Assembly: GCF_006345805.1 (NCBI RefSeq)
Contig: NC_043009.1
Span: 1,240,001 to 1,304,000 of the forward strand
Origin: Octopus sinensis
Lineage: Eukaryota
Direction of reading: 5' to 3'
Length of the DNA: 64,000 nucleotides
Shown: one piece after another, positions 27,636 to 41,343 of the stretch
How the letters are laid out: each line of letters opens with the position of its first letter
Position numbering within the stretch: the first letter of the stretch is position 1
Translations under genes and position numbers: made by a program
Notes under the pieces: generated by a model
What the model was told of the DNA's origin: nothing
Database searches by the model: none
The model's input: only the letters and a program-made list of their open reading frames with translations

Positions 27636-28035
27636 TCATCATCATGGTATTAACATCCACTTTTTCATGCCTGCATGGGTCAGAAGGGATATGCTGAGGC
27701 AGATTTTCTATGGCTGGATGCCTTTCTTGTCACCAACTCTCACCTGTTTCCAAGTAAGGTAATATTTCCCTGTGGCTGGGCATGTTTTCATATGACAATG
27801 GTACTCGTTTACAACAATCATACGATGTCAAGACAAGGAGCCCAATAACTTGCACACATACACACATGTGACAAGCTTCTTTAAGTTTCCATCTACTAAA
27901 TCCACTCACAAGGCTTTGCTTAGCCCAGGGCTATAGTAGAAGGCACCTGTCCAAAGAGTCATTCTGAGAGACTGGATCCAGAACCAAGTGGTAAGGAAGC
28001 AAGCTTCTTAACCATACAGCCATGCCTGCACCTAG
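27636..28035 (-). mobile_element. Family D SINE, full length
   Basis: Reverse complement of 24185-24506 with a complete family A head. Confidence 0.8.
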
Positions 28036-29599
28036 TTTTGATTAAAAAGTTTATTTTAAGAAAAAAAAAATTGTATAATTATCAATTCTAACGATTAGAA
28101 ACAGTAATTGAAAGATCACAAGCATGTAGTGATGGTGGCGCAAGAAGGAGTAGGAGCAGCAGTAACAAGTGCAATAGTAATTTTATTTTTATAAGAAAAC
28201 TGTATGTACAGGTAGATAAAGGTAAACTCACAGCTACTACTTACTTAAACAGTGTTAAATTTCATTTTTAACCTTTCATGAGAAAAATAAGGATTGTCAG
28301 CTTGTAGCAGAATAAATCAGTGAGTCATCATGACCTTTGAACAGTGACTAAGTTTATATAACTTGAGCCAACAAGTAAACATCTAACTTGGCCACTTCCC
28401 CTGCTAGAAAAAGCAGTCAAGTTTCCCTCAAATTACACCCCATGGTCTTAATTAAAAACACAAACACACATGTGGTTCAAGGTATTTAAAGAACAAATGT
28501 CTGGAATGTCTAACCTGGTGTTAAACAGCACGAAACAAAACTGGACAGTAAAATGACTCAATTGTGTCATAATGTATATAAACCATTGACAAGAAAGATA
28601 CAATGGTTTTCATCTGAGAATATATATAGAAAGGAGACAAGAATAATCCTGGCAGCAGCTAGCCAGAACAGCAGGTGCATTTTGGCCTTCTTGGGCCTTG
28701 TCTATCAGGTGTATTCAGTCACATGCCTAGATGAGATTTATTACCTTTGATATACAGGAAAGAGTAGTACATTTATTGATACTGCCAGTAAGCTGAATGA
28801 AATATCTGGGGTGCACAATTGAAACAGTATTAAATTAAAGTTACCATCTATGTATCTCCACTCACTGCACCCCAGTGCATCATCAACCAGTGGGAACGAG
28901 TTCAAGAGTGTACAGTGTGGTACCGAACCAAAGTAAAATAAAATATGGGTTATATCTGATGGTAGTACTGATATTAGATCTGATGTAAGCCAACTGCCGT
29001 AGCTATCACAACAGCAAAAGGACTGCTTAAGGAAGAAAAAATATTCCTCAACAATTGCCAATTATAGATTTATGTTTTCAACTGACTGGTTCACTACATT
29101 TTTGATGAATACCATGAGGTAGTTTTGTTCAAAAGTACCAATTTACTGGTTTTCTTACACATATTTTCACCTTTCAATAACATTGGCAAAGTTACACTCA
29201 CAACTTGTGACTATACAAATTGCGAGGATTGTAAATGAGCATTATTGTCATAGAAGCAAGGCTTTTTGATTCTGGTCTTCTGTGAAAAACACGTCTAGCG
29301 ATGGGAAAGTATTAACTTGCTCGGAGACAGATGACGGTTGGGGAACAGGAAGGGCATGCAGCTATAGAAAATCTGTCACAATAAATTCTGGGAAAAGTGG
29401 ACATAGAAATGATGATCCTCTTGAGAATTGAACAGGCAAACAATCATAACCAAGCATTCAGAAAAGGAATAAAATGTTTTCAGAAATTCTTTAAAATTAA
29501 CAAATAAGTTGCTAGTCTCAATAGCAGACGTTGGTCACTTTGCCCTGATAAGGTTATGGACATCAACTGTAGGAATTACTGTGTGCATATATGTGTGAC

Positions 29600-29730
29600 T
29601 GTCTTCTTGAGGAAGACCAGGGAAGACATGTGAAGAAGTGATGACGAAATCTGATCTCGGAAAGCTGAACCATAAAATGGAAACAGGAAAAGATTTGAAC
29701 AAGTGATGCTGTGCTGGAGTAGATTCAGCC
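29600..29730 (+). mobile_element. RTE LINE extreme C-terminal fragment
   Basis: GRPGKTCEEVMTKSDLGKLN resembles the RTE end motif GRPRKTW.EV...DL..L. Confidence 0.6.
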
Positions 29731-30702
29731 AACTCTTTCAAACATAGAAGAAAAAAACAAATGAATGTAAAATGGTAAGATCCTCTTTCACTTTGGTTAC
29801 ATAACCTGTAACAAACAATGTTTCCTTCACAACAGTCCATACATAACACAATAGAAAACAGCAGAGCACTGATACTTCTTCATAGAAATTAGGCTTTGCA
29901 TAAATTCTCTTCATATGCTTTGATGTAAACTAATCTTTAGCATTTTGACCAGTACTGAATTATTCCAGCTGTGTTTTTTTATCCATCATGTATTACGCTT
30001 TTTCTTCCCTTTAATCTGATACAATACATCATATACAGCAACAACTAGATATCATCTTTGATTACTGCTTGACTTTCAAAGCCATTATGTTCAAGAGTCA
30101 CTATTCCCATACCAGCTTCTCTGAATGAACAAGCTATGAATAAATTACTACCACTACTAATGAATATAACAAAAACACATACTACATCTGCTAAAAGAGA
30201 CAGAAATACTGGACAACAGCAATTTTTAGACTATTTCACTTGTTCCAACCAGTGGACTGTAAAGAAATGAAGATTTATCTCTATAATATTATCAGAGATT
30301 CAATGATACAAACTGCTTCTCAAGCTCACTTCATAAAAGGCATTTAGTGAGGTAAAGTAAATGCTAATAAGTGGTTTGTCTTAGTGGTAATTAACAGTGA
30401 CAACAATAATAATACTATGTGAATGAATAACAAATAGCTTTCAGAATACTACATTGGTGTGTCAGGGAAAGATAGGCAACTACAGCTCAAGGCATTGTAT
30501 CGGTCATCTAATGAAGCGAGATTTTGGGGTCAGATTTATTTAGGTGAGGAGGCAGACTATACTTCACGATGATAAGCATCCATTACTCAGTATTTGATAT
30601 TACAAATTGCAACCGATTCTTGCACTGAAGGAATGGCTAAGACAGCATTAGAGAGTTTGATGTATTTAGACATTTCTATCAAGCTACAATAGGTGAAGAA
30701 AT

Positions 30703-31088
30703 CATCATCATCATCATCATCATCGTTTTAACATCCACTTTTCCATGCTTGCCTGGGTCAGGTGGAATTCACTGAGGCATATTTTCTATAGCCAGATGCC
30801 CTTCGTGTCACTACCCCTCACATGTTCCTAAGTAAAGTAATATTTCCCCTTGGCAGGACAGGTTTCCACAGATAACTGGAAATGAATGGTACCACTTGTA
30901 CAATGGTGATACTCACATTATATGAAGACTAAGTGAGACACACACACACACACACACACACACATGCACGCACAATGCTTCTTTCCATTTCCATTTACCA
31001 AATTCATTCACAAGGCTTTCGTCGATGTGGGTCTAAAGACACTTGCCCAAGGTTCCACACAGTTGAACTACTTTGTCACACAGCCATG
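30703..31088 (-). mobile_element. Family D SINE
   Basis: (CAT)n tail, family D body, (CA)n, family A head remnant. Confidence 0.8.
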
Positions 31089-31750
31089 TCTGTGCTTAAG
31101 AATAGTTTTATATTTTGCCAGGGAGTGTAATAAGCTAGATCAAGGGTAGTCAAGGTAAATCTGTCATCCAACACTTCAAATTCCACAGCCTCTGGCGCTT
31201 CTAAAGTGTTGCACTTACAAACTGCAATGTTTGTAAAGAAAGTAACTTCTGTCTGTTTTGTAAATAGAATATTTGTTGGTACAATTACTTTAAAAATACT
31301 ATAACGGGTTCTTTGTGCTTCTGGCAAAGTCTGCAATACAAAACTCTTCAAGGTCGAAACAATTTATTATCACATGTATAAACTGCCCAGTTTCTATAAA
31401 GTTACTATGGTTATTTAACTAAAAATGTTGCTAGGCATCTGTGTTCCACAAGACGGAAACTTGGAGAAATACTTTTTTTTTTTAATCTGAAATTGTGACG
31501 ATTTTACTGACAACTTTGACCTATCAACAAGACAATTTTGTTCTTATTGCAAACACACAAAAATTATATAAATGAACAAATAAGTAATAAAAAAACAAAG
31601 ATAAGCAAACTAGTTATACAAAAGACCAGTGAGTACTGTAATTACAGTATTTGACATTCCAAATTACAATTCATTAACTAATAACTGGTACGAACATTCA
31701 TAAGTTTAATCAACAACTTTGTTGTCTCATCATATAGAATAATCATCCTT

Positions 31751-32131
31751 CTATTCTTTTACTTGTTTCAGTCATTTGATTGCGGCCATGCTGGAGCACT
31801 GACTTTAGTCGAACAAATCAAGCCCAGGACTTGTTCTTTGTAAGCCTAGTACTTATTCTATTGGTCTCTTTTGCTGAGCCATTAAGTTATGGGGATGTAG
31901 ACACACCAACATCGGTTGTCAAACGATGGTGGTGGTAGTGGGGGGAGACAAACACACACACACACACAATGGGCTTCTTTCAGTTTCTGCCTACCAAATC
32001 CACTCACAAAGCTTTGGTCAGCCCAACGCTATGGTAGAAGACACTTGCCCAAAGTGCCACACAGTGGGACTGAACCCGGGACCATGTGGTTGGTAAGCAA
32101 GCTACTTACCACACAGCCACTCCTGCGCCTA
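31751..32131 (-). mobile_element. SINE family A, full length, young
   Basis: Near-exact reverse complement of the 45629-46017 copy. Confidence 0.9.
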
Positions 32132-32729
32132 TTCATAATTCTACAATTCTGTTTCATGTACAGCATATAATTAAAGCTTCCTACGTACATCGTAATGGTA
32201 GCACAAGCAGAAATGACTAATAGCAGGTGAAACCTAGTTTCAATAGTATGCGAGTTGCAGTTTGATAAAGTGCTAAATATATAACCAACGACAAACATTT
32301 GCATTTAATAAGGAAACACAAAAACTGATTGAAGAAAGAACCAATGTGAATGGATATCCAGAGATTTACTGAATGTTGTGAATTGGGATTAAAATAGTGA
32401 TTAGTGTCAACATGTATGTGAACAAACAAGGAATTAAATCAAAGAAGGAGCCAATATGCAGTCATTCAACTACAAATCACAGAGGATATAAGCTTAAAAA
32501 AAATGCAGATATTGAATAATATTGTCGATACATTATAATCACGGACAGAACATCTTTTTGCTTCACCAAAGTACAATAATGTGAGAGAAACTTAGATGAC
32601 AACTGTGTAGAAGCTCACCATAGGTGAGCAAAAATTTAGCCAATCAATGGAAATAGGTGAAATGAGTACCAGGCTGAACCAAGAACACCTGCAAATGGTG
32701 CTCCAATATGACCACAATTTATAATGTTG

Positions 32730-33246
32730 GGCGTCATGGAGACAGACTAATGAGAGAGACCTTTGGCAATATGTTGTGCTTGAGAAGACTTGACAAACCA
32801 AGTGAAATTGTTGTGGCCGATGCTGGTATTATGTAAATCCCACCCACGAAATTGTAATCCTGGCTGCTGTCTGTCGCATGATCTCCGAAATGATCTTCAA
32901 ATGTTGGGCCTGACGGAAGTGATGACAAGTGACCAAGACCTTGGTGATATGCTGTGCTTGAGAAGACTCATCCAGCCAAGTGAAACCATCGGTCATGGCT
33001 GTTGCCAGTGGCACCTGTGAAATGGAAGTCATGGCCATCACCAGGGTAATGTAAATGGCACCTGTGCTGGTGGTGTGTAAAAAGTACCCATTGCACTCTG
33101 AGGGTGGTTGGTGTTAGGAAGGGCATCCAGCCACAGAAACCATGACAAATCAGCCTGGAACCTGGTGTGGATCTCCTGCTTACCAGTTCCAGTCAGAACG
33201 CCCGACCCACACCAGCGTGGAAAGCAAATGTTAAATGATGATGACA
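32730..33246 (+). mobile_element. RTE LINE 3' end (degenerate ORF C-terminus, partly duplicated) plus family C tail
   Basis: Translates to HDL..LQMLGLTEVMTSDQDL..YAVLEKT-like sequence. The gacct.tgg..atatg.tgtgcttgagaagact block occurs at ~32757 and ~32936. Confidence 0.75.
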
Positions 33247-33522
33247 ATGATATATGTATTTATATGTGCTGCTTTGTTTACATACCAGTAACTTAGCAGA
33301 CTGGCACAAAAGATCAATGGAATAAGAACCAGACATGAAAAAAAAAAAAAAACCCAAAAAAACTGAAGATTAATTTGTTTGACTAAACTTTCAATACAGA
33401 GCACTAACAGGTCATAGTCCAATGAGAGATACAAGAAAAAAGATAAAAGCTATGGGACATATTTGTTAAAATGTATTTTGTTCAACTATTATAGATATCA
33501 ATATATGAAAGAAACTTACTTA

Positions 33523-33895
33523 TAGGTACAGGAGTGGCTGTGTGGTAAGTAGCTTGCCTACCAACCACATGGATCTGTGTGGCACCTTGGGTAAGTGTCT
33601 TCTACTATAGCCTTGGGCTGACCAACACCTTGTGAGTGGATTTGGTAGATGGAAACTGAAAGAAGTCCATCGTATTTGTATGTATATATGTGTGTGTGTG
33701 TGTAAGTTTGTCCTCCAACATCACTTAACAACTGATGTTGGTGTGTTTATGTCCTCGTAACTTAGCAGCTCGACAAAAGAGACCGATAAAATAAGTATAA
33801 GGCTTACAAAGAATAAGTCCTGGGGTTGATTTGCTCAACTAAAGGTGGTGCTCCAGCATGGCTGCAGTCATATGACTGAAACGAATAAAAGAATA
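33523..33895 (+). mobile_element. SINE family A, full length
   Basis: Starts aggtacaggagtggctgtgtgg and ends gaaacgaataaaagaata. Confidence 0.9.
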
Positions 33896-34439
33896 GCTCT
33901 GTGTGCGTGTGCGTGTGCGTATGAATTAGTTCTTGTTTCTATTGCATTTATTTCTTGCTCCATGTTTATGATTTTATTTCTCTTTTATGTATCGGTTATC
34001 ATTTTGAGTTGTTATTGTTTAGCCCTGAGTCAAGCTCAAGACAGCAGACAAATGAAATAACGAAGAAAAAAAAAATACATAAAAGAATAAAGATCCCTGT
34101 AGAAAATTCAAATAAGGAAGTGGACACCAAATTCTTATTAACATATTTTCTGAAAAATGGAACATGACGCCAGTCAGTGCTTTAGGATTTAGTTTAGAAG
34201 TGGATGAGTGTGGGAAGATATACAACAAATTTGACTTTATAAAGCCTTCACCTTAAGTGTCTCTCGGAAACAAATATTCGCTTTCTACTGATAAGAAAAG
34301 AAATATGTAACAATGTTACAAAGGTTCTTTTATGTTGCAGTCACTGAGTTTTACTTTACAATTTTGTTCTTCCTCCTCAATAGGTCAAAATGATAAGTTA
34401 ATTATAGAATGATATTGACTTTCTGGTGTGGGGTATGAT

Positions 34440-34680
34440 AATGGCTATGTGGATAAGAAACTGGTTTGACCAGCCCATGGGGTTTCAGCTCATGCTGTTT
34501 AGCCCTGATCAAGCAGGACTATGATCAAAGTTTTCTGAGCCGTTGACAAACCTGTTGCTATCCCACTTTTTATCCAGAAGTCTGAAAACTTACATCTTGC
34601 CTAAGATGGCAGGGTGTGATTTAAGGGAGTTATAACTGCTATTCCTAGCAGGCTCACTAGCCACATAGTTTCCTTTGTTA
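34440..34680 (+). mobile_element. Unclassified dispersed repeat (family F); related copies at ~5920-6020, 13130-13325, 35295-35460 (+) and 15425-15545, 24860-25055, 27265-27410, 28385-28530 (-)
   Basis: Shared core tgattt.agggaga.tt.gctgct.tttctagcagg. Confidence 0.6.
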
Positions 34681-35911
34681 GGTCATTTGAGTATATATTT
34701 GCTACAACTTATCTCAATTTGTCTCAGAACTGGACATATTATTCCAGTAGTATTAATTCCATTGTGTTTGTTGTAAAGGCACTTTATTCCATATTGCCAA
34801 TGATTGGACAAGGGCTTGAATTACAGGCTCATTTCCCAGAAAAAAACACTTTATTCTACATTGTCTTAGTTCTAGCGGCTAAGAATAGATGCAAGATCCA
34901 TTGAAACTGTTATCCAAGATAGACACACGTTCTTCTCAAAACTTTTCAAACTGAACGTAAGTTAAGGACTTCTATTGACACAGGAGGCTTGTTTTGTTCC
35001 AGTTTTACTTGCTATTGAGAAACATATAAACCTATGTCAGAAAGCAGTATGTGAAGGATTAGCATCTTATTCCAAAGGAAATATGTATTTCATTTGCTTG
35101 ACACTAAGCTACACAGTAGGTAAGCACTGGCTGTATTTATCAGGTATTGATTATCCCCTGTCATTAATGGAATCTGTTAAAACTTGAAAAAAAAAAATTG
35201 GTTCTAATGTGATTACACAGAAATGCTGTATTTTAGACCCATCAAACTAAGCTGTCACGGAAAAACTGGATATTAAAATAAATAAACAAGTAAGACTGCA
35301 TGGTTGCCGGACCATTATTTTCTGGCAACTGTTTGCAGTCTTAACAGACAAACCTCCCTAAGACTTCCTTGTCTTAAGAAAAGGTAAAAAAGGATATAGT
35401 GGCTAATGTAGTTAAGTATGCATTATGATGAATTAGGGCTGATTTGGAAGGAGGGAGTAAAAAAAAAATGGATGCTAAAAGACAACAACGATGCCATTTG
35501 ATAGAAAAACTGATTTACCAGTTGAGCTCATGTTACTCTTGGTATCTAGTTTAGATAGCAGACCACAGAACTTTACTTTTACTAATATTTTCTGCTTAAA
35601 TACCATATTAAATTATTGTCATTTAAGTACTTTTATTAACACTGTAAGGTTTCCCCTTTTAATCCTGAACACTTATACGGCATTCCTTTATTTCCTTTCT
35701 TTTTGTGGTATCAAGTAGCACTAGGTTTTGCATATTTGTTTTTTGTGTTATAGCCCATCTATCATAAATGTCATGGCCCATTTATTTATTAATTAGTGTG
35801 TAGTCTACCTGACCATTTACCCTTTAGTATACAGTCAGACCCTAATGCTAACCCCGATCAGGTCATTTCACAATGCAGACTATGGATTCTGTGTTAAACC
35901 ACATCCTAATA

Positions 35912-36309
35912 CAGGTCGTCTCCAACTTACGACCGATCGACTTTACTCCTGGTAGCAATATGTAGTCCAGTTGAAATCTTATGGGTTTAATTCTTTAGAA
36001 ATTAACCCGTCTCCAGATGACGCCAGCTAACAAATGCTTACCCCAGGTTTGGTTTTTGATCGTCACTGTGGCTATCCCAAGGGCTGGACGAATATCCTGT
36101 CGTGGAGACAAAGCTAACTTCCTATTTGTTTATTAGATGACTGCTTGAGACTTCAAACAAATAACACTGTTGTAGTATAATACAGAATGCTGTGTGTGAT
36201 TTTTACCTGAGAATGTACCTTAAGAATGTAAAAATATAAAACAAAGCTATGTAGGCCTATAGGTCGACATATGACCAACCAGTTGGGGTCATAAGTCGAC
36301 GACGACCTG
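35912..36309. mobile_element. Tigger/pogo-like MITE, TA target duplication
   Basis: TA|caggtcgtctccaacttacgacc ... ggtcataagtcgacgacgacctg|TA. A possible TTAA-type mini-element lies inside (~36002-36117). Confidence 0.85.
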
Positions 36310-36692
36310 TATAGCACTGGTAATATCTGTAATAACTATGTTATGAACGTCTCTAGGTATTTATACTTGGAAAATTTCTGAGCTTTGCAGTGAATTAATG
36401 TGTGTAAATAGTTGAGAATTCCACACACAAGCATACCAGTAACATAATCTGCAACCAGACTTGGTGTGACCCATTGTGCGACACAGCTTAACCTTTGAAT
36501 TATAAGGTAAAACCCACCTACTGGCTGGCTGTACAGTTTTGTCTACCCAATTTCAATCACAAGGCTACGGCAAAAGACTCTTATCTAAAATACCATGCAG
36601 TGAGATTGAACCTGGAATCTTGAAACTTAAATGAATTACTATGTTGTGGCACATATGTGTAGCAGTATATTTAGGTTTCATTATTTTACATT

Positions 36693-36905
36693 AAGGCAGT
36701 GAGTGGGCATAATGGTTAACATGTCAGATAAAATGCTCAGCACCATTTTGCCTGTCTTAATGTTCTGAGTTCAAATTCTACCAAGGTTGACTTTGCCTTT
36801 CATTCTTTCAGGGTCAATGAAATTAAGTACCAGTAGCACACTGGGTCGATTTAATTGACTTGCCCCTCACTCAAAAATGTCAGGCCTTGTGTCTATAATA
36901 GAAAG
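36693..36905 (+). mobile_element. Family B SINE, older subfamily
   Basis: Same head and central block; the tail is of the type seen in the 10123-11087 train. Confidence 0.8.
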
Positions 36906-37529
36906 GGTTATTGCACATTGCTTGCCATGCTTGCATATGGCTCTTCAAAGATACATCATGCCATCACCTCTTGTCATCTACTTTGTGAAATCTCTTGAGA
37001 ACAGCCTTCACCACTTATTCCCATATTTTCCTCTGGTACAGCTTTTATCTCCCACCTAGATTATGTGGTACTTCTTTTTACCAAATAGTCACCCTGCATA
37101 CATACATACATATCTACCTCACCCTCACCACCCCGCAAGCCTTTATACATCCTCTGTAGTTAATGTGCATGTTTTACAACTATGCAACATTACACTTTAG
37201 ACTCAAGCATCTTACAATCTGCTCTTCAGAGAAAGCATCCCTTTGTTGCCAATGGAGATAATAGCTGCTGGAACTTTTCCCATCCTGTTCTTTTTTTGGC
37301 TACAATGTTTTTGGAACACCCACCTCCACCGATAATTGGGTCTCTTAGATAACAAAAGCGATCGAGACTACTTTTACGTAGCCTTCCAAGCATTTGAAAG
37401 AATTAAATTCATCAGTGCACTTACTACTAACTACTTTTTTCTTCTTCTGTTAGCCTGCTTGGGATTAGATTGCAACTCTCATGCACTAACATTGGATACA
37501 CTGTATGAAATTCCAGCATATTCCTTTTC

Positions 37530-37565
<36 letters not shown>

Positions 37566-38331
37566 CATATGTTGAACAGCATGGCCACTCTTAAGATAGC
37601 AACATAGTCCAGTCTTAATCTCCTCACTTGCTAAATAAATCTTTTAGCTTTGCTAAGATTACTCTGAAGCCTTTCAATTCTAGGTTTTCCTTCAACATTC
37701 AGAATTTCTTCTCAAATCTTCAACAGATTCAGCTACAATAACTAGGCCATTGTCTTATAGGAGTTCCCAAAGACAGCCAGTCTTAAAACTTCATCTGTTA
37801 GGACACCTACTTACACATGAAATTCCTCACTGAACTCGTAGCTTACTGTTCTCAGCTTGCACATATTTCATAAGCAATTTATCTACACAGCTGAGCAACT
37901 ACCAGACTACAGAGAGTGCTGCTATCAAACTGATCTATGTAGTTATATGTATAGATATAGTTATATATATATTTTATATATGTATATATATTTATGTTTT
38001 CATATATCTGCCTGTAATTTTTGTATTACACTTTCATATTCATATCAGCATGTTTGTCTATTTCTACAATATTATACTGTAACATTTGTGTCAGTGTTGT
38101 CCTTGAGGCAGATAAGTGACCCATTATTGGAGTTGCTATTGCGAAACGTATCTAATGGTTTACATAATTTCCATAAAAAACCTGAAATACCACCATTTAC
38201 ACAACCTAAGAGGTCTAATGACTAAATATCATAACTGCCAAATGAATTCTTCACAGGATGGCTGTGAATGGTGAAGGTCTGAATGAAAAGACTAAATGAT
38301 AAAGGGAAATCTGAGTGTACACACCATGTGC

Positions 38332-38362
<31 letters not shown>

Positions 38363-38801
38363 GTGCAGAATATAAGTTAATTGGAATCACCATATTGGCA
38401 TTTTGAACAAACATTTACCATAAAATGCTGCCTTACAACAAACACTATGACAGACAGAATTATAAAACTAACAACCATGGGTGAATGTTCTCCGAGATGA
38501 CTAGAATGGTTATTTATCACTGATTAAAAAAATTATATTTGGTCGGACAGAATAGAAGGGTGGGGTAGTGGTTGTGTTGTGTTGGAGGGAGATAAAAAAA
38601 AAAAACAACAATCCAAAATATACATATATAATATGTATATAGGTTAAAAGCAAAAAAAAGATTTTGTTCAGATTTACTCACCTAATCTAAAGAATAAATA
38701 AATAAATAATTTCCTTCATTCATTAATCAGTCATCACACACATCATGAAAACTAAAACTATAGAGCCAGCTTGCTTTCACGGAGAGGGGGAGGGAGAGAG
38801 A

Positions 38802-38844
<43 letters not shown>

Positions 38845-40139
38845 CAAACAAAAGCGCCTTTTGTGATTATATAAACATAAATGCACACAATCCCATGGCT
38901 GCATATAGTTGGAGTGTTTGCTATGTTCAATATTAACTTGAGAGCAGGGAGGGGCTCCTTCACCCAGCTCAGTAGGAGTTTATCTTTTATTTCTTTGTTT
39001 CCCTCCCTTTGTTTACTCTCTTACTGTTTCCCTTCACAGGCGTTGAATTGGCAGCAATGCAGTGAGTTGACCAAAGGAACTTGATACTTTTTTCCAGTTC
39101 CTTTCTTTCTGAGTTTGCTTTTTATCCTTCTAGGATCAATAAAGAATCGGTCTAGGGCAGTGAACTAGTAGGACTGTAAGGATCAGACAGAATTTACCAT
39201 CACGGTCTACTTGGGTCATAGATCTAATCCATTGTCTGGTTTAACAGACCCACCTATACCTTAGGTGCCTTTATTAAAGTCCCTTCTATTTCAAGCATTT
39301 GGACCAGGTTTCTGGTTTGGGTATACCTTAACCGCTTCTTCTCATCAGTTTTGGGGGCCAAGAAAAGATTCACAGGTGCTGCCTTCCTTCTAAATAAGCA
39401 GATGAATCTATAACCAAAATGGGGTTTTACAAACAAAGGCTTTTAGTCCGGCATATCAACCCCAGCACTTATTTTATTACACTCTAATGAAAGGCAAAGT
39501 TACCTTTCAATATAATCTGTAACTTGATGCTCCTCTAAAGTTGCCACTCAAAAAGCAATTAATCCTACAGGGAAACTGTAGTGAATTTAAGTATTCCTTG
39601 CACGTCTATCTGACTGAGCCAACTGTTATTCATTGGGCAGACTTTATGACCGAGGTAGTCCAGCGGCTACCATCCCATTTTTATGTTGCCCAACATCTGA
39701 TTCGGTCTTTCATTTCACCCCCTACACCGCATCCAATGGTCTTTGTCTTTTTAAGATGGTCAGATATAATCCAATGGTAATTTGGTTGCTATTTATAGCA
39801 TGCCAGTCACCCATGTAGAGGCTCTCTCATTAGCTCGTCTAAAATTAGCGTATGCAGATGGTGTAAATGTGTCTTAAAATGAGATTTAGTGCTGTGTCAA
39901 CAGAGATGCCACAGTGCAAGGAGACCAGCTGAGGAAGGAATTGAAATTAGCAAAACACAGATAAATTAATCTCATCAGGATTTCTAGCATAAAAACAGAA
40001 CCAGAAATATTTCTATTTTTATAGGGGAGGAAAAGGATAGGGGACCGAACTGACCTCAGTAAGAAATGCAGAATATAAAGAGACGCAACTGAATTGCTAT
40101 TTTAGCACTGTATCAATTCTGTACGTGTGTGTATGTATG

Positions 40140-40466
40140 TGAAGGCACCTGGCTTAGTGGTTAGAGGCATTCAGGTCATGATCGTAGGGTCATGAGCTCA
40201 ACTCCCGGCGGCACATTGTGTCCTTGAGCAAGACACTTTATCTCACGTTGCTCCAGTCCACTCAGGTGGCAATAATGAGTAGTACCTGTATTTCAAAGGG
40301 CCAGCCTTGTCACACACTGTGTCATGCTGAATCACCCCAAGAACTATGTAAAGGGAACATGTGTTTGTGGAGTGCTCAGCCACTTACACCTTAATAAATG
40401 AGCAAGCTGTTCCGTTGATCGTATCAGCTGGGACCCTCGGCGTCGCAACCGACTGAGTGCTCCAAT
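40140..40466 (+). mobile_element. SINE family E head and core with a different tail (type 2)
   Basis: Head and central block as at 6772; the sequence after aatgagt is unrelated. Confidence 0.8.
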
Positions 40467-40510
40467 GTATATATATATATATAAATAAATAAATGAGTAA
40501 CAAAGATGTA

Positions 40511-40761
40511 CAGGTGTCAATTCATTACAGCCATTTCAAGCAACTCTTTTAACTGATTAATGAAAACATTGCATCATTTGATAGAAACCACTCAATAATG
40601 GAACTATTGATGTGAAGGAAATATGTTAAGGAAATGGTTGTATCCTTTATGTTTGAAGTCTATGCAGTCATCTGATGAGAAAGGTTTCCTTCAAATGATG
40701 TAATGTTTTCATTAATCAATTAAAGGAGTCACTTGAAATGGCCATAATGAATGGACACCTG
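40511..40761. mobile_element. Tc1/mariner-type MITE with ~70-bp TIRs, TA target duplication
   Basis: TA|caggtgtcaattcattacagccatttcaag...catcatttga is mirrored by tcaaatgatg...cttgaaatggccataatgaatggacacctg|TA. Confidence 0.9.
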
Positions 40762-40984
40762 TACACACCTTTGTTACTCATTTATATTTTATCCACCTAC
40801 TTTGGAATTGGCATTTCAGAAATACTATAGAAGGTACCTTTATAAAAAGTACATGTCTGAATTACCAAGAGCGGATATCTTCACTTGGCTGGGTTGCGTT
40901 GTCTGCACACACGACAAGCATATCAGGTACAAACACACCTGCATGGAGTCTTGATATTCAACAGAATCTTAATTATATATATAT

Positions 40985-41343
40985 TCTCTTATTCGTTTCA
41001 GTCATCCTAACCATAGCCATGCTGGAGCACCACCTTTAGTCAAACAAATCGACCCCAGGACTTATTCTTTGTAAGTCTAGTACTTATTCTATCGGCTTCA
41101 TTTGCCGAACCACTAAGTTACAGGGATGTAAACACTCCAACATTTGGTTGTCAAGTGATGGGGGGGGGGGACAGACACAGACACACAAACACATACAGTT
41201 TCTGTCTACCAAATTCACTCACAAGGCCTTGGTTGGCCTGAAGATATAGAAGACACTTGCCCAAGGTGTCACACAGTGGGACTGAACCCAGAACCATGTG
41301 GTTGGTAAGTAAGCTACTTACCACACAGCCACTCCTGCGCCTA
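40985..41343 (-). mobile_element. SINE family A, full length
   Basis: Colinear with the other copies. Confidence 0.88.

Noticed and set aside
29535-29849. 104-aa minus-strand ORF
   Set aside because: It is the antisense shadow of an RTE C-terminal fragment on the plus strand.
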